A stretch of 64,000 nt of DNA from Candidatus Enterousia sp. (GTDB lineage: Bacteria > Pseudomonadota > Alphaproteobacteria > Rs-D84). The DNA is taken from NCBI GenBank assembly GCA_045133095.1, contig JBGUTP010000007.1, forward strand, positions 7,669-71,668, given 5' to 3'. A model generated the notes under the pieces. The model ran no database searches, had not been told where the DNA came from, and was given only the letters and a program-made list of their open reading frames with translations. Made by a program: the position numbers and the translations under genes. Of the stretch, positions 18,389 through 27,689 are shown piece by piece (position 1 is the stretch's first letter; the number at the start of each line of letters is the position of its first letter).

Positions 18389-20128
18389 ATGAAAAATAAA
18401 TCTTGTGCGGCAACATGGATTATTTCACGCATGCTGATTACGGCTGGCGTTGTGGCATTAACTGCCTGCGCGCGTTCTGGCGGCGATGCTATGGAATACA
18501 CCGGCCCTGTATCAACACCTACTGTTGACTATGTCGAATCGCTTGATGTGTATTCTGCGCCACACAAAGATTCATTCCTTAATCAATTGGCAATGAACTA
18601 TCGTTCTTATGCTATTTACAACGCCCGCACCAGTGGTTATGCCGACATGGGCGAATTATTCGCGAACAAAGCGGTCGCCGCATTCAGTGGCGAAACCCCA
18701 TTCCCTGAATCTTTAAACAATTGGCCTGTTGACGACGAACAGACGGAATTTGAACTTAACAATGCATACAACGAACTGTTGGAACAGTTAAAAAATGATG
18801 CAACCTATACAAATCCTGAACTTGCCGCCGAAGCCCAGGCTAAATTTGATTGTTGGCTTTCCGCCACTGCCAGTGGGCAAATCGCCACTGCAAATCAATG
18901 TCGCGACAGATTTAACAAGACAATCACTGCATTACGCGATTGTCGCGGTGGTAAAATCGTTCAAAAAACGACACAAACAACCGCCCAGGATACTGTTGTT
19001 GAAACTAATGGCGACATGATTGTTGAAACCACCACCACTCAACGCAGCGCGGGTACCTATTACCCAGACACACGCAACATGGCAACAATGCGTGGCGCGG
19101 GCAACGCACGCGAAGGCGTAATCATCGTTAATAACGTCAGTGTACCTGAACATCTGATTAAACCAGAACCGGTTCAACCAATGGTCTTTAATCAAAACAT
19201 TTATGGCGGCGACAAAACCATAACCAAAAGTGCCACAGACAACAGCATCCGCAACAGTCATAACTCTCGTTGCGCCCAGCAGCAGGTCCCAGACGGCATT
19301 TGCCAACAGCAACCAATTATCTTAAGTTGCCCACAAAACCAACCCGATTGTCCAAGGCAAGAATGCCCTGACATTGACTGCCCGGAACAACCGGCAACAC
19401 CATTGGCAATTGTAATTAACGAAAAAGAACAACCTGTTCCAACATGTCCTGAATGCCAAAAGTGTCAAAATTGCCCGGATTGCAACGTGAACGTAGATTG
19501 TTCTGCATGCGAAAAATGCGAACCAATCCCAATCATCAGCGACGAATTGGTCACACGTGACGAATTCATTAACATGATGATGGCAATGCGTGCGGAATTG
19601 GCGGCAATCAACACCAGACTCGACCAGATTCAGGCGGCACAAGGCGAAAAAACCATGATTAAGGTTCAACAGATTCCACTGGAACCAAAACAACACGTAA
19701 TGGAAGAAGTCTTTGAAATTCGCTTTGATTTTAACAAGGCCACAATCAAACCTGAATACAAAGAATTAATCGAAAAATTGGCTTCTGCGACCCAGGAAAA
19801 CAAAAACATCAAGGTTTCCGTTGTCGGTCACACCGATACATCTGGCACAACCAACTATAACTATGCACTGGGCGGTCGTCGCGCCGAAGCCGTTCAAAAA
19901 ATGTTAATCCAATACGGCATCCCTGCCAGCCAGATTGTCGCAGTATCTGCCGGCGAAGAAGACCTGGCGGTACCAACACCTGACAACACACCAAACGCCG
20001 AAAACCGTCGTGTACGCGTTGTCAAAGAGGTCCACTACACAGAACCCGCACAACCCGCCCCTGTTGCTATACAGGTAGAAGAAGTTTCTATTGACGGCAC
20101 CTGTGGCGAATACGGCTGTGAAGAATAA
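18389..20128 (+). CDS. OmpA-family lipoprotein with Cys/Pro/Gln-rich insertion
   Basis: Lipobox LTAC; N-terminal helical domain (AAEAQAKFDCW); C-terminal FDFNKA, VVGHTD, YNYALGGRRAEAV, NRRV. Confidence 0.85.
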   Translation: MKNKSCAATWIISRMLITAGVVALTACARSGGDAMEYTGPVSTPTVDYVESLDVYSAPHKDSFLNQLAMNYRSYAIYNARTSGYADMGELFANKAVAAFSGETPFPESLNNWPVDDEQTEFELNNAYNELLEQLKNDATYTNPELAAEAQAKFDCWLSATASGQIATANQCRDRFNKTITALRDCRGGKIVQKTTQTTAQDTVVETNGDMIVETTTTQRSAGTYYPDTRNMATMRGAGNAREGVIIVNNVSVPEHLIKPEPVQPMVFNQNIYGGDKTITKSATDNSIRNSHNSRCAQQQVPDGICQQQPIILSCPQNQPDCPRQECPDIDCPEQPATPLAIVINEKEQPVPTCPECQKCQNCPDCNVNVDCSACEKCEPIPIISDELVTRDEFINMMMAMRAELAAINTRLDQIQAAQGEKTMIKVQQIPLEPKQHVMEEVFEIRFDFNKATIKPEYKELIEKLASATQENKNIKVSVVGHTDTSGTTNYNYALGGRRAEAVQKMLIQYGIPASQIVAVSAGEEDLAVPTPDNTPNAENRRVRVVKEVHYTEPAQPAPVAIQVEEVSIDGTCGEYGCEE

Positions 20129-20146
20129 ACCACACCAGAAATAGAC

Positions 20147-20175
20147 TTGACAAAAAGTTTTTGTTAGTGTATATT
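20147..20175 (+). promoter_or_regulatory. Sigma70 promoter for small ORF
   Basis: TTGACA-17 nt-TATATT. Confidence 0.6.
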
Positions 20176-20216
20176 GACTGGCGTCAGAGAGATGTTTTTT
20201 GAAAGAGGCATTTGAA

Positions 20217-20378
20217 ATGACTAATATAGTAGATATGTTAAACGCAAGCACCGAAACCGTGCAACAAAACGCCCGAACCCATGGGTATAAAAAGGGTATC
20301 GAAGCCATCAATCTGGCTGCAATCTTCCAGGCGCGCGGCATTACATTTGGCGCAGACAATGGCAATATCACAAAATAA
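20217..20378 (+). CDS. Small protein (53 aa), unknown function
   Basis: MTNIVDMLNASTETVQQNARTHGYKKGIEAINLAAIFQARGITFGADNGNITK; SD-like AAGAGG, promoter and terminator; below the ORF-track cutoff. Confidence 0.55.
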   Translation: MTNIVDMLNASTETVQQNARTHGYKKGIEAINLAAIFQARGITFGADNGNITK

Positions 20379-20406
20379 AATCAAAACATCGTTTTTATTT
20401 AAATTA

Positions 20407-20430
20407 AAAATCCCGCAAATGCGGGATTTT
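20407..20430. terminator. Bidirectional terminator
   Basis: AAAATCCCGC-AAAT-GCGGGATTTT. Confidence 0.8.
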
Positions 20431-20445
20431 TAATTGGCTCTCACG

Positions 20446-21510
20446 TTATTCCATATTCGTCAATTGTTCCAATTGGTCCGCCGCAATCAGCGCATCAATC
20501 ATTTCATCTAATCCGGCACCACCCGCCAAAATGTCGTCTAACTTATACAAAGTCAATTTTATACGATGGTCTGTTACACGCTGTTCTGGGAAATTGTACG
20601 TACGAATCTTTTCACTGCGGTCCCCTGAACCAACCATTGATTTGCGCGATGCATTACTGGCATTTTCTTGTTCCATACGCTGTTTTTCATACAGTTTTGA
20701 ACGTAACACCGCCATCGCTGCAGTTTTATTTTGCAACTGCGAACGTTCATTCTGACACGTGACCACAATACCCGTTGGAAAATGAGTAATACGAATCGCA
20801 CTATCTGTTTTATTTACGTGCTGTCCACCGGCACCTGACGCACGAAAGATATCGATTCTGATATCTTTTTCTTCAATAACGACGTCAATATCTTTGGCTT
20901 CTGGCATAACGGCAACCGATGCGGCACTGGTATGAATTCTGCCACCTGCCTCGGTTTCCGGCACACGTTGCACACGATGAATTCCCGATTCGAATTTCAT
21001 ACGACCATACGCACCCGCGCCATCAATCTTAAAAACAATTTCCTTGTACCCGCGCAAAGACGTGGCATTTTCTTCGATAACTTCCACCTTCCACCCCTGA
21101 CGCAGTGCATAGGATTTATATTGATTATACAAATCACCTGCAAACAGCGCAGATTCTTCACCACCAACCCCGGCACGAATTTCCATAATAACACTGTTGT
21201 CATCCGCATCATCACGTGGCAACAGTGCAATCTGCAACTGCTTTTCGATTTCTGGCAACCTGTGATTCAGTTCCACCAATTGCTCATTCGCGATATCACG
21301 CAATTCTGCATCATTTAACATTTCACGCGCATCATCAATACCTGCAACGACCTGAAAATATTCACCAATCAGTGGCAAAATCTCATTCAGGCGTGCATAT
21401 TCCTTGGACAATTTAGTCAAATCATCCCCGGTCACAGTACCACTGTTCATCTGCGCTTCTATATCTGCAGCGCGCGTTTGTATATCTTTTAACTTTTGTT
21501 CTACAATCAT
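20446..21510 (-). CDS. prfA: Peptide chain release factor 1
   Basis: GAGGQHVN, VQRVPETE (PxT specificity motif), RTYNFP. Confidence 0.97.
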   Translation of the reverse strand: MIVEQKLKDIQTRAADIEAQMNSGTVTGDDLTKLSKEYARLNEILPLIGEYFQVVAGIDDAREMLNDAELRDIANEQLVELNHRLPEIEKQLQIALLPRDDADDNSVIMEIRAGVGGEESALFAGDLYNQYKSYALRQGWKVEVIEENATSLRGYKEIVFKIDGAGAYGRMKFESGIHRVQRVPETEAGGRIHTSAASVAVMPEAKDIDVVIEEKDIRIDIFRASGAGGQHVNKTDSAIRITHFPTGIVVTCQNERSQLQNKTAAMAVLRSKLYEKQRMEQENASNASRKSMVGSGDRSEKIRTYNFPEQRVTDHRIKLTLYKLDDILAGGAGLDEMIDALIAADQLEQLTNME

Positions 21511-21514
21511 GTTA

Positions 21515-22816
21515 TTACTTCCCTGTCACGATACGAATTGCCGCATCTGTAGTTACCGATACTTGTTCACCACTTACCATATTTTTCAATGCAACCGTCT
21601 GACTATCTCTTTCTGTTTCACCTATAATCAGACTAAATCTTGCATTAACCTTATCTGCATATTCGATTTGGTTTTTAAACTTCTTATCCGCATCCAGATA
21701 GGCGACCGCCGAAACACCTGCATCACGCAACGCCCCCAGTACAGACACCGCATACCCCAGGTTATCCGCCCCCATACACAATACTGCCGCATCAATTGGT
21801 GCCTCAAATTGACTTAAATCAATTGCTCCTGCCTCCATCAACGCTACAAAGATTCGGGAAAAACCTATGGCTGCACCAACACCGATAATTTTGGTTTTAC
21901 TGAACTTTCCTGCCAAATCCGCATAACGACCACCACCGGCTGCCGTTCCCAGTTCAGGATGATTCAACAATTTAAATTCAAACACCAATCCTGTGTAATA
22001 TGCCAACCCACGCGTAATAGACAAATCTATTTCAGCATTTTTCACACCGAACAATCCCAAAATCTTCATAAAATCGTTCAGTTCTGAAATTGCCGAATCC
22101 AATTTATCAGACTTATTAATAAATCCCGCATAGCCATTTTCGAACACGGATTGAATTTGTTTTTCTTTATCGGCATCCCCCAGTGTATCAGTTAATCCTT
22201 CTGCAAAGTCCGCATCGCCCATTTTATCTTTTTTATCAATCAAAACAAAGACATCTTTTTTCTGTACTTCATTCATTTCCAGATAATCGAACAACGCATC
22301 CCAGAATGGTCGTGACCCAACACGAACTGCATTTTCACCAATAAATTCCGCCACGGAATCCAGGGTCCGTTGAATTACAGAAATAATTTCGGCATCATAA
22401 TTCACAGACAGCGAATTAATCCCCATTATATCCATATCCATCTGGTAAAATTCACGATAACGCCCACGTTGCGCACGTTCTCCGCGATACCGCTTTGAAA
22501 ACTGACTGGCACGGAATGGAAAGACCAAATCATTCAGATGTCCCGCCACATAGCGCGACAAACCAACGGTCCCATCGTACCGCAATCCCATTTTAGTATC
22601 ACCTTTTTGGAACAAGAACATCTGTGTTTCAATTTCGTCCCAATTATCTTTATCTGTCAATACCTCTGCCCGTTCAATCGCTGGCAAATCCAACTGATTA
22701 AACCCCGCTGTTTTCAAAACATTCAACATACGCTGCGCACAAAAATCAAAGCAACGCTGTTGCACAGGCAACAATTCTATAAATCCTGACAAAGGCTTTG
22801 TTGGTTTTAAATCCAT
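21515..22816 (-). CDS. hisS: Histidine--tRNA ligase
   Basis: LRYDGT, RGERAQRGRYREFYQ, RGLAYYTG, GGGRY, anticodon-binding domain. Confidence 0.95.
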   Translation of the reverse strand: MDLKPTKPLSGFIELLPVQQRCFDFCAQRMLNVLKTAGFNQLDLPAIERAEVLTDKDNWDEIETQMFLFQKGDTKMGLRYDGTVGLSRYVAGHLNDLVFPFRASQFSKRYRGERAQRGRYREFYQMDMDIMGINSLSVNYDAEIISVIQRTLDSVAEFIGENAVRVGSRPFWDALFDYLEMNEVQKKDVFVLIDKKDKMGDADFAEGLTDTLGDADKEKQIQSVFENGYAGFINKSDKLDSAISELNDFMKILGLFGVKNAEIDLSITRGLAYYTGLVFEFKLLNHPELGTAAGGGRYADLAGKFSKTKIIGVGAAIGFSRIFVALMEAGAIDLSQFEAPIDAAVLCMGADNLGYAVSVLGALRDAGVSAVAYLDADKKFKNQIEYADKVNARFSLIIGETERDSQTVALKNMVSGEQVSVTTDAAIRIVTGK

Positions 22817-23145
22817 TTTATTATATCCTATTGTTTATATATGAAAATTTACGACATTATCAATGTCAATTATACCACAGAAAAACACAATACGCTAATA
22901 TTCGCCCGCATGGGCGTGATGCAAAACAACAAAAATAAAGTTTTTCTTTATCATATCCCTTTCATTCTAGGACAAAAAAATTTTTTTTCAAGCACAAAGA
23001 AAGGGTGGGACGCACCATTCAAACACAAATGACGAAAGAAAAGAATTCTTGGACGTAAACATTTATGCATCATAATCGCGCGCCCCATCGGGGATACGCT
23101 TTCATTATACATTCACCTCGCCCCAATTACCACAGGTACGTTTTC

Positions 23146-23844
23146 TTAGAAATACTGGTGCAAACTGCCACCATTTTTAGCCAACCAACGTTTTGCACGT
23201 TCAACTCCCACGCCATACAATTCGCGCACCGTCGCCCAGAATTCCGGCGAATGATTCATATGCTTTGTATGCGCTAATTCATGCATAACCACATAGCGCA
23301 TAACACCCATCGGCGCGAACGCCAGCCGCCACGAAAAAGACATTGTTCCGGACGAAGAACAACTGCCCCATCGGCTGGTTGTGTCGCGAAGCGCAATTTT
23401 TTTTGGCCAAAACTCTTGTGGTGTACTTCGTATCATCTGCTTTAATTCTTTCAAGAATTCATCTTTAACAAAATCCCTTACCCGCCGTTCGAACATATCT
23501 GGTGTACCACCTATAATCAACACCTGACCATCATCACTAAATTTATTAGCCCGCATCCCCGAATCGTGCTGCAACACCACGGTTCGCCCCAAAAAAGTTA
23601 TTTCATCCCCCGGCACAATCTTTACTTTTTCGGGGCATTTTTGAAACACGCACTCTATCCATTTTTGCTTAGAAACCAAAAATTTTATCGCGGCATTTTC
23701 CGACACCAACCACGGTTTAGTTATATGAATTTCCTTGCCCGGACGCAATTTTGGTCGCAAAGTTAAATTACGCACACCGCGTCGCGTATTTATAAAAACC
23801 GGAATTTCTTCACCTGACGACAAAGTAAAAACAAACTGCGACAT
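23146..23844 (-). CDS. YgjP/SprT-like zinc metalloprotease
   Basis: SRWGSCS, YVVMHELAH, NHSPEFW. Confidence 0.85.
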   Translation of the reverse strand: MSQFVFTLSSGEEIPVFINTRRGVRNLTLRPKLRPGKEIHITKPWLVSENAAIKFLVSKQKWIECVFQKCPEKVKIVPGDEITFLGRTVVLQHDSGMRANKFSDDGQVLIIGGTPDMFERRVRDFVKDEFLKELKQMIRSTPQEFWPKKIALRDTTSRWGSCSSSGTMSFSWRLAFAPMGVMRYVVMHELAHTKHMNHSPEFWATVRELYGVGVERAKRWLAKNGGSLHQYF

Positions 23845-25626
23845 TTACTTTAATTTATCTTTTATATCCGCCACAATAGCATCAACATTAAATCCCATTG
23901 CATTATAAACCGCATCCCCTGCCCCAGACATTCCAAAGCGGTCCACACCAACCACCGCATCTGCAAATTCAAACCAAGGCGCGGCGGCGGCGGCCTCTAT
24001 AGCAACGACTAACCCACGCAGCATTTCATTTTTATACTGCAAACTTTGCGCACGAAAATCTGACACAGACACCACAGAAACAACCTGTACATCCTTACCC
24101 AGTTTTTCTGCAACCTCAATTGCCAATGCAACTTCTGCGCCCGTCGCTATCAACGTTACCCGAACGCGTTCAGATTGTGCCGCACGAATAATATACGCAC
24201 CGCATGACAACCGCGCACCCAATGGCGTCGAATACTGCCTAAACTGCTGTCTTGACAGGACTATACATGTTGGTCGCTTTTTCTCACCCAACGCCCTGCG
24301 CCAGGCATACATTACCTCAACCCCATTACATGGTCTAAACACATTCAGTCCCGGAATCAAACGCAGCGACGGCAACTGTTCCACCGGTTGATGTGTTGGA
24401 CCATCTTCCCCGACGGCAACACTATCGTGACTTAACACATAGATAACTGGCAACCCCGACAACGCCGCCAATCTTATACTTGGGCGCATATAGTCACTAA
24501 ACACCAAAAAAGTGGACCCAAAAACCTTTAATCCACATGCCGCCATTCCATTTAATATGGCACCCATGGCATGTTCTCTGACCCCAAAGTCGATGTAATT
24601 TCCACTAAAATCCGTCGCGGTAATTTTTTTTGATTGCGCGACCTTAACACCGGTACTGCCGCCTAAATCGGCACTGCCACCAATCAGTCGAACACCACTT
24701 TTTAACAGTTCATTTAAATAAATCCCCGACAGTTCCCGTGTTGAAATTGCCTTTCCCACCTGTGGCAATGATACACCCGGTACAAAATTTTCGGTTTCAC
24801 CACGAACACTTGCGAACTGATTCTGCGCCATATCAGACCACAACGCCACCCCATCTGACGACCCCAGTCTTTGTTCTAGTTCCAATAATTCACGTTCATC
24901 CAATGCCAAACCATGCGCCTTGGCAGACCCCGCCAACGAAGAACCACGCCCTATGACTGTTTTGCATTGTATAAACACCGGAACCTTTGATTTTTGTGCC
25001 GCCATCAACGCCCGGTCCAAAGCGTCAAAATCATCACCTTCAACGCAACTAACATCCCAACCCGCCGCCGCCATACGCGCAGACACATTCGCATCAACCA
25101 GGGCGTCGCCATCAATACTGACCCCATTATCCGCCCACAACAAAACCAGATTTCCCAATTTCAAGCGTCCTGCCAACGCCACAGCTTCCTGAGCAACGCC
25201 TTCCATCAAATCCCCATCCGAGCATAAACAATACACACGCGAATCGGTTTTATTTATTTTTTCTGCCAATGCCATACCTGTGGCGTTTCCGACCCCCTGT
25301 CCCAACGGTCCTGTTGTTGCCTCTACCCCTGGGATACCATATTCCGGATGTCCCGGCAAACCACCAATTTTTCGGAAAGTATTCAGGTCACCAACATCAT
25401 ATCCCGCCAATTTTAATACAGAATATAACAGCGCACTGCCATGCCCCGCGGACAAAACGAACCTGTCACGCCCCCGGCGCAAAAAATTAGCAAACACTAC
25501 CGTAACAATATCCGCCGCCCCCAGCACAATTCCCACATGCCCACTGCGCGCACTACGTAACGCGTTCAGCGCACCCGCTTGAACGACACCCGACATCAGT
25601 TCTAAATCTTTTGAATTATACTTCAT
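23845..25626 (-). CDS. tkt: Transketolase (compact, 593 aa)
   Basis: SGHVG, LSAGHGS, GHPE, TTGPLGQG, SDGDLMEG, FGVREHAM, EDGPTHQP. Confidence 0.93.
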   Translation of the reverse strand: MKYNSKDLELMSGVVQAGALNALRSARSGHVGIVLGAADIVTVVFANFLRRGRDRFVLSAGHGSALLYSVLKLAGYDVGDLNTFRKIGGLPGHPEYGIPGVEATTGPLGQGVGNATGMALAEKINKTDSRVYCLCSDGDLMEGVAQEAVALAGRLKLGNLVLLWADNGVSIDGDALVDANVSARMAAAGWDVSCVEGDDFDALDRALMAAQKSKVPVFIQCKTVIGRGSSLAGSAKAHGLALDERELLELEQRLGSSDGVALWSDMAQNQFASVRGETENFVPGVSLPQVGKAISTRELSGIYLNELLKSGVRLIGGSADLGGSTGVKVAQSKKITATDFSGNYIDFGVREHAMGAILNGMAACGLKVFGSTFLVFSDYMRPSIRLAALSGLPVIYVLSHDSVAVGEDGPTHQPVEQLPSLRLIPGLNVFRPCNGVEVMYAWRRALGEKKRPTCIVLSRQQFRQYSTPLGARLSCGAYIIRAAQSERVRVTLIATGAEVALAIEVAEKLGKDVQVVSVVSVSDFRAQSLQYKNEMLRGLVVAIEAAAAAPWFEFADAVVGVDRFGMSGAGDAVYNAMGFNVDAIVADIKDKLK

Positions 25627-25661
25627 ATATGATATTATATCATAAAAAGGACACGTATAAA

Positions 25662-26090
25662 ATGTTAAAAATTTGGACGGACGGCAGTTGCCTTGGCAAC
25701 CCAGGCCCCGGCGGATGGGGCTTTATTGCAACAGATGGCGTAAATACGGCTGAACGCAGTGGTGGCGAAAAAAACACAACAAACAATCGCATGGAATTAA
25801 CGGCGGTAATACGTGCGCTTACTGCGGCGCATCGCCATAATGAACTAGAAATCCACACCGACAGTCAATATGTAAAAAACGGAATGCAATCTTGGGTCAA
25901 GAATTGGAAGCGCAACAATTGGCGCACATCGGACAAAAAGCCGGTCAAGAACCAAGAACTGTGGCAACAACTTGACCAGTTGGCATCAACAAAAAAAATA
26001 CATTGGTTTTGGGTACGTGGTCACAATGGCGACGAAATGAACGAACGCGTTGACACTCTTGCACGCACGGCGGCTGAATCATTAAAATGA
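25662..26090 (+). CDS. rnhA: Ribonuclease HI
   Basis: TDGSCLGNPGPGG, TTNNRMEL, TDSQYV, WVRGH, NERVD. Confidence 0.96.
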   Translation: MLKIWTDGSCLGNPGPGGWGFIATDGVNTAERSGGEKNTTNNRMELTAVIRALTAAHRHNELEIHTDSQYVKNGMQSWVKNWKRNNWRTSDKKPVKNQELWQQLDQLASTKKIHWFWVRGHNGDEMNERVDTLARTAAESLK

Positions 26091-26177
26091 CGACTTAAAA
26101 AAAACATTTTTGACAAAGGCATATCCAAGGTTGCGAACACGATATTACCGCCCCACCCCCAAACAGAACGCGATTAA

Positions 26178-26204
26178 AAAAAATGGGACTACGTCCCATT
26201 TTTT
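26178..26204. terminator. Bidirectional terminator
   Basis: AAAAAATGGGAC-TAC-GTCCCATTTTTT. Confidence 0.75.
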
Positions 26205-26862
26205 ATCCACGAAATCCCATTGCAACAATAAACATCTCGACACTGTCTTTTCGTGAAGACGGCGGCTTAATATGATGTACAGTTTGAAATTTTTCTTTGA
26301 TTTGCTTTAACAAATCCTGCGTTGTCCCACCTGTAAAAGATTTACACACGAACGTTCCACCTGGTTTCAACGCACGCAACGCGAAATCAAACGCATATTC
26401 CAACAACACCATCTGACGAATATGGTCGGTCTTTTTATGTCCGACGGTATTTGGCGCCATATCTGACACGACAACATCTGCAGTACCTGCCCCTACTTCA
26501 TCTGACGTCAGCCCCAACTTATCTTCCAACCACCTTAACGCTTCATCACTGGTAAAATCCCCTTGATAGGTTTCGACACCCACAATCGGGGATATTTCCA
26601 ACAAATCCATCGCAAAGATTTTAGTTTTCGGATACGTACGCGCAATATATTGCGACCAAGACCCCGGTGCCGCCCCCAGGTCAACCACAACCTGACCATT
26701 GCGCAAGAATTTGAATTTTTCATTCATTTCAATCAATTTGTACGCCGCGCGCGCCCGATACCCTTCTTTTTGCGCCCGCGCGACATACGGGTCAGCCGCC
26801 TGGCGTTGCAACCACGCGACCGAAGACTTCTTGCTGGCAATTTTTTTATTGGTTATCTTCAT
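26203..26862 (-). CDS. rlmE: 23S rRNA methyltransferase RlmE/FtsJ
   Basis: RAAYKL, DLGAAPGSW, SDMAPN, KPPSSRKDSVE. Confidence 0.93.
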   Translation of the reverse strand: MKITNKKIASKKSSVAWLQRQAADPYVARAQKEGYRARAAYKLIEMNEKFKFLRNGQVVVDLGAAPGSWSQYIARTYPKTKIFAMDLLEISPIVGVETYQGDFTSDEALRWLEDKLGLTSDEVGAGTADVVVSDMAPNTVGHKKTDHIRQMVLLEYAFDFALRALKPGGTFVCKSFTGGTTQDLLKQIKEKFQTVHHIKPPSSRKDSVEMFIVAMGFRG

Positions 26863-26864
26863 CT

Positions 26865-27131
26865 TTACGACACACGCCCATTACCCATGCGTTGACGCTT
26901 CATGCTGTTGATATAATTCTGGCGTACGGCAGATGCTGCTTTTAACGGACTGCCATATTGTGCGTACAACGCTTCATTATCTGATGCAAATCTCAAAACC
27001 CTATCACCATGGTGTGCATAACTTACGACCAGGCGATATTCTTGAATACTGCCTCTTTGATTTTTTACTGGGATAATTTCAGAAACAGTTACCACATGCC
27101 AATTTAACAAATTTTTCCAATCGATTTTCAT
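26865..27131 (-). CDS. Hypothetical protein (88 aa)
   Basis: Fills the operon between the M-domain gene and rlmE with tight spacing. Confidence 0.65.
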   Translation of the reverse strand: MKIDWKNLLNWHVVTVSEIIPVKNQRGSIQEYRLVVSYAHHGDRVLRFASDNEALYAQYGSPLKAASAVRQNYINSMKRQRMGNGRVS

Positions 27132-27141
27132 TTATCACTCC

Positions 27142-27678
27142 TTAGTTTCCTTGTGGCTTTACCCCTGGCATACCACCCTGTTGCTGCATTTTCTGCATAA
27201 CAGCCTCCATTCCCCCCATACGCTGAATCATAGCCATTTGTTGTTTCATTTTTGTATATTGCTTAATAATATGTTCGACATCACGCACGGTGCATCCCGC
27301 AGTCTCGGCGATACGCGCCTTGGCATTTGCGAAGACTTTTTCTGGTTCTGCTCGTTCTGCTGGTGTCATAGCCTCCAAGATTTTAATTTGCGCATCAACA
27401 CTGCCATCTTTAATTTTCTCTTTCATTGCGGACACCGCGCCACTCATACCAGGCACCATTTTTAACAGTCCGCTAAAATTACTCATTTTTTTAATTTGTT
27501 TTAACTGTGCCAACATATCATTCATATCGAACTGACCCGACATCATACGTTGGGCAGTTTCTTTCATACCGCTTGGCATTTTATCAACCCCTAAATCCTT
27601 CTCAGCGGCACGTACATCTGCTTCTGTAAAATTATTTTCCGTTATTTTTTTATCTTTTTTCTTACCAAAACCAAACAT
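27142..27678 (-). CDS. Stand-alone SRP54/Ffh M-domain (SRP_SPB-like) protein
   Basis: GQFDMNDMLAQLKQIKKM..LLKMVPGM..AMTPAER..P...RIA..AG.TV.DV..IKQY..MKQQM; no GTPase domain. Confidence 0.8.
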   Translation of the reverse strand: MFGFGKKKDKKITENNFTEADVRAAEKDLGVDKMPSGMKETAQRMMSGQFDMNDMLAQLKQIKKMSNFSGLLKMVPGMSGAVSAMKEKIKDGSVDAQIKILEAMTPAERAEPEKVFANAKARIAETAGCTVRDVEHIIKQYTKMKQQMAMIQRMGGMEAVMQKMQQQGGMPGVKPQGN

Positions 27679-27689
27679 TTCTACTCCTT

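Noticed and set aside
22817-23145. Short ORFs (e.g. 22841-23032) in the 330-bp gap upstream of hisS
   Set aside because: AT-rich, no recognisable motif or convincing RBS/terminator unit, and competing frames; cannot support a gene or RNA.
26091-26200. Possible SRP (4.5S) RNA near the M-domain gene
   Set aside because: No helix-8 CAGG..GGAAG..AGCAG motif found; only a terminator hairpin.
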